Positions 22,036 to 30,136 of a stretch of DNA of 64,000 bases are shown piece by piece (position 1 is the first letter of the stretch; each line of letters opens with the position of its first letter). The notes beneath the pieces were generated by a model. That model worked only from the letters and a program-made list of their open reading frames with translations. It had not been told where the DNA came from and did no database searches. Source of the DNA: an uncultured Candidatus Saccharibacteria bacterium. GTDB taxonomy: Bacteria > Patescibacteriota > Minisyncoccia > Phycocordibacterales > Phycocordibacteraceae. The stretch lies in contig CAZDPG010000001.1 in NCBI GenBank assembly GCA_964507275.1, positions 276,577 to 340,576 of the forward strand, given 5' to 3'. Made by a program: the position numbers and the translations under genes.

Positions 22036-22893
22036 TCACTTCTCGAACTCCGCGCGCGCAGCATCCAGGTTCCTCGCGATGCTCATCTGCATCTCTTCAA
22101 TACCCGCACGGGTAGCTGAAGGGTCATTCCCCGGATATGCTTTCTGCCATTCAACTTCGGTAAGGGATACAGCGAACGTCTGCGCCTTTGTCAGCGCGGA
22201 AACTGCTTCCGTGGGATTCCCCGAGTTCAGTTCCATCACACCGAGAGCATTCCAGAGCCACGGGTTCGTGTCACCGCCATCAGCCCTTTCGATTCCCTCT
22301 TTAAGCGTCGCGAGGGCGTGAGCATACCGTGTACCCTTTGCGAGCACGAATGCCAGGTCGTTGTACCCTGCCCACTCGCGTGGCGCCCAAGCTACGAACT
22401 CCTTGAAATCCTGCTCAGCACGGACGAGATCCCCCGGAAAGCCTCGATATGCGTATGCGAGACCGCGCATATACAACGCTCGTCTATTCTCCGGGAAAAG
22501 AGAAAGCTCCTTGGCAAGATCCGTAAGCGATGCACTGAAATCTGATTGAATGAACTCTATGCGAGCACGCATGTAATGTGCAAGCGGCAGTGATGGGTTG
22601 ATTACTGATGCTCTGCTAAAGGATCTCTTGGCAAGAGACAGATCATAAAGATGATTCTCTGCCGTGCCGATAGCCGTTTGGTTTCCGAAATAATAACTCC
22701 CGATAATAAAAGCTAGGTCTGCATCTGACCTATCGAGCGCGAGCGCGAGCTCGCCCGCGTGCCACTCGTCCCAAACATAGCGAGCGGCAATCGTCGGCAA
22801 GGGAGTGAAGAACCAGACGGTCGCCACAACAACGAGCGTTGCTATCGCAACCATAAAAAAGAAAAATCCTTCTTTTCTGAAGAGACTCATCAT
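22036..22893 (-). CDS. Membrane-anchored tetratricopeptide repeat protein
   Basis: AHYMRARI, ALYMRGLAYAY, GYNDLAFV, LWNALGVM repeats. Confidence 0.85.
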   Translation of the reverse strand: MMSLFRKEGFFFFMVAIATLVVVATVWFFTPLPTIAARYVWDEWHAGELALALDRSDADLAFIIGSYYFGNQTAIGTAENHLYDLSLAKRSFSRASVINPSLPLAHYMRARIEFIQSDFSASLTDLAKELSLFPENRRALYMRGLAYAYRGFPGDLVRAEQDFKEFVAWAPREWAGYNDLAFVLAKGTRYAHALATLKEGIERADGGDTNPWLWNALGVMELNSGNPTEAVSALTKAQTFAVSLTEVEWQKAYPGNDPSATRAGIEEMQMSIARNLDAARAEFEK

Positions 22894-22989
22894 ACATGAC
22901 GATAGTAACATGACTGGACTGGGCATAAATCCAAAGAAGAAGACCCACGCGCGCGGAGGCGGAGGGTCTTTGGCAACATGCCGAATTGT

Positions 22990-23598
22990 TTACTGGATCC
23001 GATACTTCATCAGCTCACGGACGATGAGTCCGGAGCCCGCGCGATCGCCATCATCGGAGAAGGTTCTTTTGACGAAGTTCTTGACGGCCGGAGCGTACCA
23101 CCATATGTCGGTGATGGTGCCACTTGAAATCGCGCCGAAGCCAGCCGACCCGGTGTACTTGTTCACGAATACGACTTTAAAAGCATCGAACGTGCCTGCT
23201 GGCACTTCGATCTTCTCGATTGCAACCACTTCGCGCGTGACGTTGAAATCCCAGTGCAGCCCTTGTGCATCATCGCTCGCCTTGTACGACTCCTTGCCAA
23301 TCTTTATCGGAAAAGTGAAATCGAGACTCTTGGCGGCAGTCGTTACGCCCCCTTTATCCTTCCCGAAGGGAACCTTCTGCCCGCCGATATCGGCAGTGAA
23401 CCCGCCCGTCGCAACGACGTCTATCACCGTCACCGAAAACAGCGAACTCGGATTACTCCTCCTGGTGTCGAGATAGGAGTATTCCCACGTATCGCCCACA
23501 TGACGATCTGGCAGATCCGCTTGCTGGACGAGGTCCTGGGCACTGACTGGCATGATTGCAGCAAACGCAAGTGTGATAACGGCTATAAGTGCTTTCAT
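22990..23598 (-). CDS. Secreted beta-rich protein (DUF3108-like)
   Basis: Signal peptide (VSA|Q); VGDTWEY, EKIEVPAGTFDAFKV, WWYAPAV; SD GAGG; promoter TTGACA-N16-TACAAT at 23673-23700. Confidence 0.8.
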   Translation of the reverse strand: MKALIAVITLAFAAIMPVSAQDLVQQADLPDRHVGDTWEYSYLDTRRSNPSSLFSVTVIDVVATGGFTADIGGQKVPFGKDKGGVTTAAKSLDFTFPIKIGKESYKASDDAQGLHWDFNVTREVVAIEKIEVPAGTFDAFKVVFVNKYTGSAGFGAISSGTITDIWWYAPAVKNFVKRTFSDDGDRAGSGLIVRELMKYRIQ

Positions 23599-23715
23599 GG
23601 CTTTCCTCTCTTTTTATCGTGTCGAGTTACAAACAACCGCAGAGCAACACGCCCTCACGATTTCCAGAAGCTATTGTACACAATTTACTAAGTCTGTCAA
23701 GTCCCCTCGTTATTG

Positions 23716-24963
23716 TTATTTGAATGTCTCTTCCAGTGCAAAATCCTTATCGGTCCACCCGTCTTTCGCGACGAGGAATGCGTGCAGTGTAGGACTCCGA
23801 CGAGCAACCGCGGCGATGTTTTCTCTTCGATAAGCATTCGAGAAATCAGTGCTCTTCGAGCCGATGAGTCTCCTCATAGCCCACGAATTCCTGCTCAGAG
23901 TGTTGAACGGCGGCACACCCGTCAGACGCCTAACCAGGGTTTCTATGGTGTCGTTATTTTCTGAAGTATTCTCCGAGAATCTGGCGAGATGCGCGGCATA
24001 CAGATACGTCGTATACGTGTCCAGGCCGACCGCCTCAGACTTGGCGATGGAGTGTGCGGTCTTGAGCATTTCTGTCGCATCCAGACCTGCGGCCTCAGGG
24101 AATTCATTCCCGAGATGATACAGCGTGATGCCGTCCATGATGATGGACAGATTATCCAAGCCAGCGACCGTGTCATATGCTGATATTCCACTTACGGAAG
24201 GAGAGAGTACCTTCTTGGCACCCGTAACAGCACGGCCGAGGAGCATGTGGGACAACGCCTTAAACTTCGCTAGAGTCTCCGCGTCCGTACCCGGTGTCCG
24301 AGAGATATACATGTAGTAGCTTCCGATTATCAAAGAGGCGTTGGCTGACGCAGCGAAAGCGTCTTCCCTCTCGCTCAGGGCTACGAGGTAGCTCGCGGCG
24401 AATCTCGTCTTCTGCCCGGAAGTTATCCCTTCGGCAGAAGCCGCCAGCTCTCGAGGGAAGAACACTGTCTCCGCAACTGATCTGAATTGCTGCAGGAATG
24501 GAGAGGTGGTTACTGCAGGAATGAGAATCCGCGGATCATCGACCGCATCATTGATGAGGAAGAACGCAGCGACGCTCTTGAATGACTCTGCGTTTACACT
24601 GTCTGAATCGAGAATCTTGAGCAGATAGGCAACGTTTTCCCGCGTGGCGCCAAAAGAGGCCGCGAGTCGGGACAAATCAAACAACCGAGAGACTTCATCG
24701 ATGGTTTCTGCCTTGAGCGTATCCGCTTTCGGTAGCCTGCTCAGAATGCTTGCGTCTGCTCGCTGTATCGCCTGGAGATATTCCATGTTGTGCTGCTCTA
24801 TGAATATATCGCTTCCCCTTACTTCTTCACTAGTTTCGGAAGGGGCTCCCGCGATATTAATGTTAACGTCCTCCGATACTTTCTGGTAATACAGGAACGC
24901 TCCGACGGCGATGGAGCTTACCAAGACGACTATGACGGACCCCACCAATAATCGATTGTTCAT
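23716..24963 (-). CDS. Membrane-anchored helical protein, putative paralog of 20830-21957
   Basis: N-terminal TM; YAAHLAR and FLVAKDGWTDKDF; overlaps the upstream gene by 4 nt. Confidence 0.8.
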   Translation of the reverse strand: MNNRLLVGSVIVVLVSSIAVGAFLYYQKVSEDVNINIAGAPSETSEEVRGSDIFIEQHNMEYLQAIQRADASILSRLPKADTLKAETIDEVSRLFDLSRLAASFGATRENVAYLLKILDSDSVNAESFKSVAAFFLINDAVDDPRILIPAVTTSPFLQQFRSVAETVFFPRELAASAEGITSGQKTRFAASYLVALSEREDAFAASANASLIIGSYYMYISRTPGTDAETLAKFKALSHMLLGRAVTGAKKVLSPSVSGISAYDTVAGLDNLSIIMDGITLYHLGNEFPEAAGLDATEMLKTAHSIAKSEAVGLDTYTTYLYAAHLARFSENTSENNDTIETLVRRLTGVPPFNTLSRNSWAMRRLIGSKSTDFSNAYRRENIAAVARRSPTLHAFLVAKDGWTDKDFALEETFK

Positions 24964-25580
24964 GCGGTTTTCCTAAAGACAATAGGTGTCATACGAAGAG
25001 AGCTACCGACCGCTCGACATATCGGCATACCGATGTACATCACCGTTCTTCCGAACAGGGATCCGGTCGTCTCCACTCCCATACGATATGCCATCTCCTT
25101 TGCCCATGGGAGCGCGAATAGCGCAACGAATGAGGTCGCTATGGAGGAAGACTTCATGAGGTGCACCACGGTCGGTGCCCACGCGTGATACCCGACCACG
25201 GTGTTAGGGTCCGATACCGAGAGCCGTCGCCCAAACGCTTGATCCGCACGCCAGACGCGCTCAGGCATAAGTCCCTGTCGGTACAGTTCCGTACATATGA
25301 CAGACCCGCCACCACCGCCACCACCGCCACCACCGTCAGCCCCGCAGGCGGCCGCCCCACTACTTGCACTGCCACAGTCACCAGATGCCGAACCGTCGCC
25401 GCCACCGAAACTGGCATCGCTACTTGGCGTTTCAGCGAGCGCGAACGGTATGTCTCCCGGAGAGCTGCCATGCGACAACACGTAATCAGAAACTCCCTTG
25501 TTCCCAACAAATACCGACATAAGTGCGGCTACCACCAAGGCGACGAGGTACACAGAGCCTTTTATTATTTTCTTCAGCAT
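24960..25580 (-). CDS. Exported Gly/Ser/Asp/Cys-rich protein with C-terminal VICTEL...GYHAWA domain
   Basis: KK plus hydrophobic leader, ALA|ETP, low-complexity core, poly-Gly linker, then VICTELYRQG. Confidence 0.8.
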   Translation of the reverse strand: MLKKIIKGSVYLVALVVAALMSVFVGNKGVSDYVLSHGSSPGDIPFALAETPSSDASFGGGDGSASGDCGSASSGAAACGADGGGGGGGGGGSVICTELYRQGLMPERVWRADQAFGRRLSVSDPNTVVGYHAWAPTVVHLMKSSSIATSFVALFALPWAKEMAYRMGVETTGSLFGRTVMYIGMPICRAVGSSLRMTPIVFRKTA

Positions 25581-25689
25581 GGAAACGTACTTAGATATTC
25601 CCACGGTAACAAAGTATCCACAATCACCTGATTGTGGACAGTCGGCAATGGAAATCCCGAATGGAAGACGATGATGCTAGAATGGCGCG

Positions 25690-27351
25690 ATGGGTAATGG
25701 CGCGGATGATTTAGTATCCCTCAAGCAGAAGATTGCACAAGTGTGTTTTGTGAGCGAAAAAGAATACGAGCAATTGACCTATGGGCTAATAGTTTCTACG
25801 TGGTTATTCAATATAAAGAAAGTGCTGCTTGAAGCTGGCACATTGGACAACATATCGGCACTCCTTTTAGAGAAGGTGCGCGCACGCGAAGACTTCCAGA
25901 TAGGAGGGGTGGAGAGTGCCGCCATCCCACTCATCTCGGGAATCATAATGAAGTCGAAAGAGCGCGGCATACCGGCAAACGGGTTTTTCATACGGAAGGG
26001 CCGCAAGAAAGGAGGGATGTTCCAGACTATCGAGGGATCGCTCGGTGACGAAAGAATCGTCCTAGTGGACGACATCATGAATACAGGGAAGAGCTTCATC
26101 AAGCAAATCGAAGTGCTTGAATCCGTCGGGAAGAAAGTCGATACTGTCCTCTCCATCATCAGGTTCCGCGATATGGCCTATTACGAATATTTTCATAAGC
26201 GCGGCATTATGGTGTTATCGCTCTTTACGCTCGATGATTTCAAGGATCTCATCCGTGTAGAGAATATCGTCGACAAGCAGAAGAGCGCCCCGACGATGCC
26301 CTTCCAAGTGATGTGGCGATTTCAGAGCGAGAAGCCGAATTATTTCTATGTGGTGCCTAAGTCAGCGCCAGCAATCGATGACACGCGTATCTATTTCGGG
26401 AGCGACGTCGGCGTCTTCTGGGCGCTGAACCAAGAGGACGGGTCGGTGGCATGGAAACACACTGTCATGTTCGGCGCGGGAGGGAAGATGATATTTTCCT
26501 CTCCCGCCCTCTCCAATGATACCGTCTTCTTCGGCGCGTATGACGGAAATTTCTATGCGCTCGACAAAGAGACCGGGAAGAAGAAGTGGGTCTTCATGGA
26601 GGCTGACTGGATCGGCTCATCGCCCTGCATATCAGACAAGCTCGGGCTGGTGTATGTCGGTCTGGAATTCGGCCTCTGGAAGAAACAGGGCGGTATCGCT
26701 GCGCTCTCCATGGGGACCGGCAAGAAGGTCTGGGAATACCCGATGCCCGGCCTCACCCACTCGTCTCCTGCGTATTCGGCACGGCACAATGTCGTGGTGT
26801 GCGGATGCAACGACAACACGGTCTACGCTCTGCATGCCAAGACTGGCGCGCTCCTGTGGAAGTTTGAGACCGGGGGCGAGGTGAAAACATCTTTCGCATT
26901 CGACGAGAAGCGCGGATTGGTCTGCTTCGGCTCATTCGACACGCATCTCTACATACTGAATGTGAAGACGGGCGCGCTCGTGCACAAGATACCGACCGGC
27001 GAAGCGATCTACTCGACGCCGCTCGTATACGGCTCATACGTCTATATCGCATCGCTCGACAAGAATCTCTACTGCGTACATCTGGACACGGGGGCCGTGG
27101 CGTGGAAATTCGCGACCAACGGGAGGATCTTCTCCTCGCCTGAAGTGATAGACGGCAAGATCTATATCGGCTCTAACGATGGCCGGCTGTACGAGCTCGA
27201 TGCGCAGACCGGGACGTGTGTCGGATTCTTCCAGACGGCTGAACGTATCACGAACAAGCTCGCTTACAACAAGCAAACGCGAAATGTTTTCCTCCCGACC
27301 TTTGCGAACGAAATATATTGCCTGACGAGGAAGCATCCTGCAAAACAATAA
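25690..27351 (+). CDS. Orotate-PRTase-like phosphoribosyltransferase fused to a PQQ-like beta-propeller
   Basis: FFIRKGRKKGG...IEG, PRPP motif IVLVDDIMNTGKS; about 8 repeats of SSP...GxxDxxxYALDxxTGxxxW. Confidence 0.88.
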   Translation: MGNGADDLVSLKQKIAQVCFVSEKEYEQLTYGLIVSTWLFNIKKVLLEAGTLDNISALLLEKVRAREDFQIGGVESAAIPLISGIIMKSKERGIPANGFFIRKGRKKGGMFQTIEGSLGDERIVLVDDIMNTGKSFIKQIEVLESVGKKVDTVLSIIRFRDMAYYEYFHKRGIMVLSLFTLDDFKDLIRVENIVDKQKSAPTMPFQVMWRFQSEKPNYFYVVPKSAPAIDDTRIYFGSDVGVFWALNQEDGSVAWKHTVMFGAGGKMIFSSPALSNDTVFFGAYDGNFYALDKETGKKKWVFMEADWIGSSPCISDKLGLVYVGLEFGLWKKQGGIAALSMGTGKKVWEYPMPGLTHSSPAYSARHNVVVCGCNDNTVYALHAKTGALLWKFETGGEVKTSFAFDEKRGLVCFGSFDTHLYILNVKTGALVHKIPTGEAIYSTPLVYGSYVYIASLDKNLYCVHLDTGAVAWKFATNGRIFSSPEVIDGKIYIGSNDGRLYELDAQTGTCVGFFQTAERITNKLAYNKQTRNVFLPTFANEIYCLTRKHPAKQ

Positions 27352-27381
27352 TCGCCACATGCTTTCGCATCCGGCGATTAT
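27348..27381. terminator. Hairpin between the convergent CDS and tRNA
   Basis: ataatcgcc...ggcgattat. Confidence 0.5.
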
Positions 27382-27387
27382 GTTCTG

Positions 27388-27460
27388 TGGACCGTACAGG
27401 ATTCGAACCTGCGACCCCCTCATTGCAAATGAGGTGCTCTACCAACTGAGCTAACGGCCC
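27388..27460 (-). tRNA. tRNA-Ala(TGC)
   Basis: GGGCCGTTAGCTCAGTTGGTAGAGCA CCTCA-TTTGCAA-TGAGG ...GTTCGAATC; G3:U70. Confidence 0.96.
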
Positions 27461-27502
27461 GAACGAAGGAATAATACCACACGCAATTCCTATGCAAATA
27501 CT

Positions 27503-28465
27503 CTACCGCGAGAGCGCTAAATTGACCAGATGTGAGAAGAAATCAGGAAGCGGGATGCCGACTGTTGCAAGGGACTTGGGCATGAGCGACTCCGGCGTGA
27601 GTCCTGGAAGCGTATTGGTTTCGAGATAATAGACGCCTTTCGGCGTAACGATGAAATCACTCCGCGAGTAATGACGTAGACCAAGTGTGCGATGTACGAG
27701 ACGCGCAACTCGTTGTAATTCTTCGGCGGCAACGCGAGAGAAATTACCCGGACAGACTTCGCGTGTGGCACCCGAGTATTTCGCACCATAGGAGAAGAAA
27801 TCTCCTTCTGGCGGGATGATCTCGATGGCCGGTAACGCGTAGAGCGGTTCGCCACGGAAGTTCTCGACGATACCGACCGTTGCCTCCTTGCCACGAATAT
27901 ATTCTTCGACGAGTACACTCGGCGCGCCGAGCGCGAAGAGGTTCTGAATCGCGGTAAGTACCGGGGCGTACCCGCCCACGACCGACACACCGACTGAAGA
28001 ACCCCAGCCGATGGGCTTCACGACGACTGGCTGATGGAAAGAGCGGATGACATCCTGTGCGACGGCTTCGCTTTCGTCTTCGTTTTCTACAAGACGAAAA
28101 TCCGGTGTGAGCAGCCCTGCCTCCCGCGCGTGCATCTTCGCCATGACTTTATGCATCGCGAGATACGAGCCGAATGAATCTGCACCGGCATAGGGAACGC
28201 CGAAACGCTCTAGGAGCTTCTGCACTTCCCCATCTTCTCCGTATTCGCCGTGCAGACCGACAAGCACGACGTCGAGCTGTCGCAATATACGCTCAGGAGT
28301 GGTTAATCGTCCGCGATCGTGCCACTGTCCTTGTTTGTCTATATAAATATCGCGCGTACTGAAACGCTCACCGGGGAGGTGTGCGAGCATAGCAGCGCCC
28401 GTCTTGAGCGAGACTTCATGTTCGCGCGATGGTCCGCCCCGGAGCACCCCGACGATGGTTTGCAT
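27503..28465 (-). CDS. ddl: D-alanine--D-alanine ligase
   Basis: GGPSREHEVSL, LHGEYGEDG, GSSVGV, LETNTLPG. Confidence 0.95.
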   Translation of the reverse strand: MQTIVGVLRGGPSREHEVSLKTGAAMLAHLPGERFSTRDIYIDKQGQWHDRGRLTTPERILRQLDVVLVGLHGEYGEDGEVQKLLERFGVPYAGADSFGSYLAMHKVMAKMHAREAGLLTPDFRLVENEDESEAVAQDVIRSFHQPVVVKPIGWGSSVGVSVVGGYAPVLTAIQNLFALGAPSVLVEEYIRGKEATVGIVENFRGEPLYALPAIEIIPPEGDFFSYGAKYSGATREVCPGNFSRVAAEELQRVARLVHRTLGLRHYSRSDFIVTPKGVYYLETNTLPGLTPESLMPKSLATVGIPLPDFFSHLVNLALSR

Positions 28466-28483
28466 GGGGAAAGTATAGCAGAC

Positions 28484-29728
28484 TCACTTCAGACGTATGT
28501 CTCGCGAACGGGCCTGCCGGTGCTTCGCAAGAGAGAATCGGTGCGCCTCGCTGTTGGCAAGGACGGCATCTGCTTCGGAGACACGCTCGCGACGGGCGCC
28601 TATAATCTCACGCGGGCGATGCCGCTCGTCTTTGACGACTGCGATGACGGGAATCATGACACCCGCCTCGGCAAGTACCGCCTCTGCTGCCTTCTTCTGC
28701 ATTTTGCCGCCATCGACGACAATCACTTTCGGCAACGACCACTCCGGGTGCCCGAGACGCCGCGACAGGATTTCTTTAAGCGAGGCAATGTCGTCGTTCT
28801 TTTGCACACCGCGTATACGAAACGTTCGATACTCTTTTCTATTCGGTGCGCCACCCTCGACAACGACCATCACACCAATTGCGTTCGTTCCCGACAGATG
28901 TGCCGTGTCATACGCTTCAATTCGACCACTGACATACCCACTACGAGTATCCTTGAGGTTCTCATCTTTGATGAGCGATACGTCCTGTATATGATTGAGC
29001 GCGAAAAGCTCGCGCCGCGCTTCTGCTGCGTCTTCGAACCGCTCTTCTTTTGCTGCCTGCTTCATTTCTTTCTCGAGCATTGCGCGCAATTCTTTTCCAC
29101 GACCGCTCAGGAAGAGCATCACGCGACGTATCGTGCGGCGGTATTCCTTTTCGCTAAACGCGCGGGGATACTGCTTGATCTGTGTATTGAATTCTATCTT
29201 GGCCGCCTGGTGCTTACTCTTCGTCCCGACCGGCTTCGGCGTATCGAAGAACGGAAAGATACGCCTAATGAGGCGCAGACCTTCTTTCAGCTGCGCGCCT
29301 GAAGGGAACGGCCCGTAAATCGATTTTAGCGAATAACCGTCTGTCGTCTGCTTCTTAAAATCAATATCCTTCCCGCGTATCATGAGCACGCGAGGGATCT
29401 CTTCTTCGGTGATGCCGACATAGAGGAATGTCGAGTCGTCCTTTCCGTCGACATTCGCCTTCGGTTGATATTTCTTGATGAGCGCAGCCTCACGCACGAG
29501 TGCCTCGAGGACGGTCGGAGTCGCCTCATGCACGATACGGTCGGCCTTCGTCACCATATCGACGATGCGCGGTCCGCGCGTTGCAATGAGGTCATCGTCG
29601 AAATAGCTCCGCACCCGACTGCGTAGCGACGTAGCTTTCCCTACGTACAGTACCGTACGTCCCTTCCTGAACAGGTACACGCCCGGCACGTCCGGCAGGT
29701 CGAATTTAGCTAGATTTTTCCTTTCCAC
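28484..29728 (-). CDS. uvrC: Excinuclease ABC subunit C (short form)
   Basis: GVYLF...YVGKA.SLRSRV GIY-YIG, UVR motif, IEAYDTAHLSG, VVDGG; downstream of uvrA. Confidence 0.88.
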   Translation of the reverse strand: MERKNLAKFDLPDVPGVYLFRKGRTVLYVGKATSLRSRVRSYFDDDLIATRGPRIVDMVTKADRIVHEATPTVLEALVREAALIKKYQPKANVDGKDDSTFLYVGITEEEIPRVLMIRGKDIDFKKQTTDGYSLKSIYGPFPSGAQLKEGLRLIRRIFPFFDTPKPVGTKSKHQAAKIEFNTQIKQYPRAFSEKEYRRTIRRVMLFLSGRGKELRAMLEKEMKQAAKEERFEDAAEARRELFALNHIQDVSLIKDENLKDTRSGYVSGRIEAYDTAHLSGTNAIGVMVVVEGGAPNRKEYRTFRIRGVQKNDDIASLKEILSRRLGHPEWSLPKVIVVDGGKMQKKAAEAVLAEAGVMIPVIAVVKDERHRPREIIGARRERVSEADAVLANSEAHRFSLAKHRQARSRDIRLK

Positions 29729-29766
29729 ATCTTTAGTGTGCCCTATCTAAAGACTTTCTATAAGAC

Positions 29767-29794
29767 TTGACAAATATTTATACATGTGTATACT
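29767..29794 (+). promoter_or_regulatory. Sigma70-type promoter TTGACA-N16-TATACT
   Basis: Near-consensus hexamers upstream of 29844. Confidence 0.7.
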
Positions 29795-29843
29795 TTGGAG
29801 CATCGGTTAGATTGATCTTTCAACCAACAGACGGGGGGTTCAT

Positions 29844-30068
29844 ATGTACACTGCAATCGGCTGGATCGGCATGATCTTGTTTCTGCTCAACTACGCAGCA
29901 GTCGCCAATGAAAAAATCAAGGCGACGAGCAAGCTGTACAACGCAATACAGGTCATCGCCGCCGTGGCAATTGCAATCAGCCTGCTGCCAGGCGAGGGCA
30001 CATTGCCAACAATCCTTCTAGAACTTGCCTTCGTGATTATCGGCCTCGTGGCCATCTTCAAGAAGTAA
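29844..30068 (+). CDS. Small 3-TM membrane protein (CBU_0592-like)
   Basis: IGWIGMILFLLNY; own promoter, G-rich SD and downstream hairpin. Confidence 0.75.
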   Translation: MYTAIGWIGMILFLLNYAAVANEKIKATSKLYNAIQVIAAVAIAISLLPGEGTLPTILLELAFVIIGLVAIFKK

Positions 30069-30136
30069 GTACCGAGAAACACAAAAGCTGACGCGTGGAA
30101 GAGGGCAAACTAGCTCTCCTCCCCACCGTCAGCTTT

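Noticed and set aside
19420-27460. Intact integrative element at tRNA-Ala(TGC)
   Set aside because: No integrase was found and I saw no att duplicate of the tRNA 3' end; the similar sequence at 19049 is a complete second tRNA-Ala
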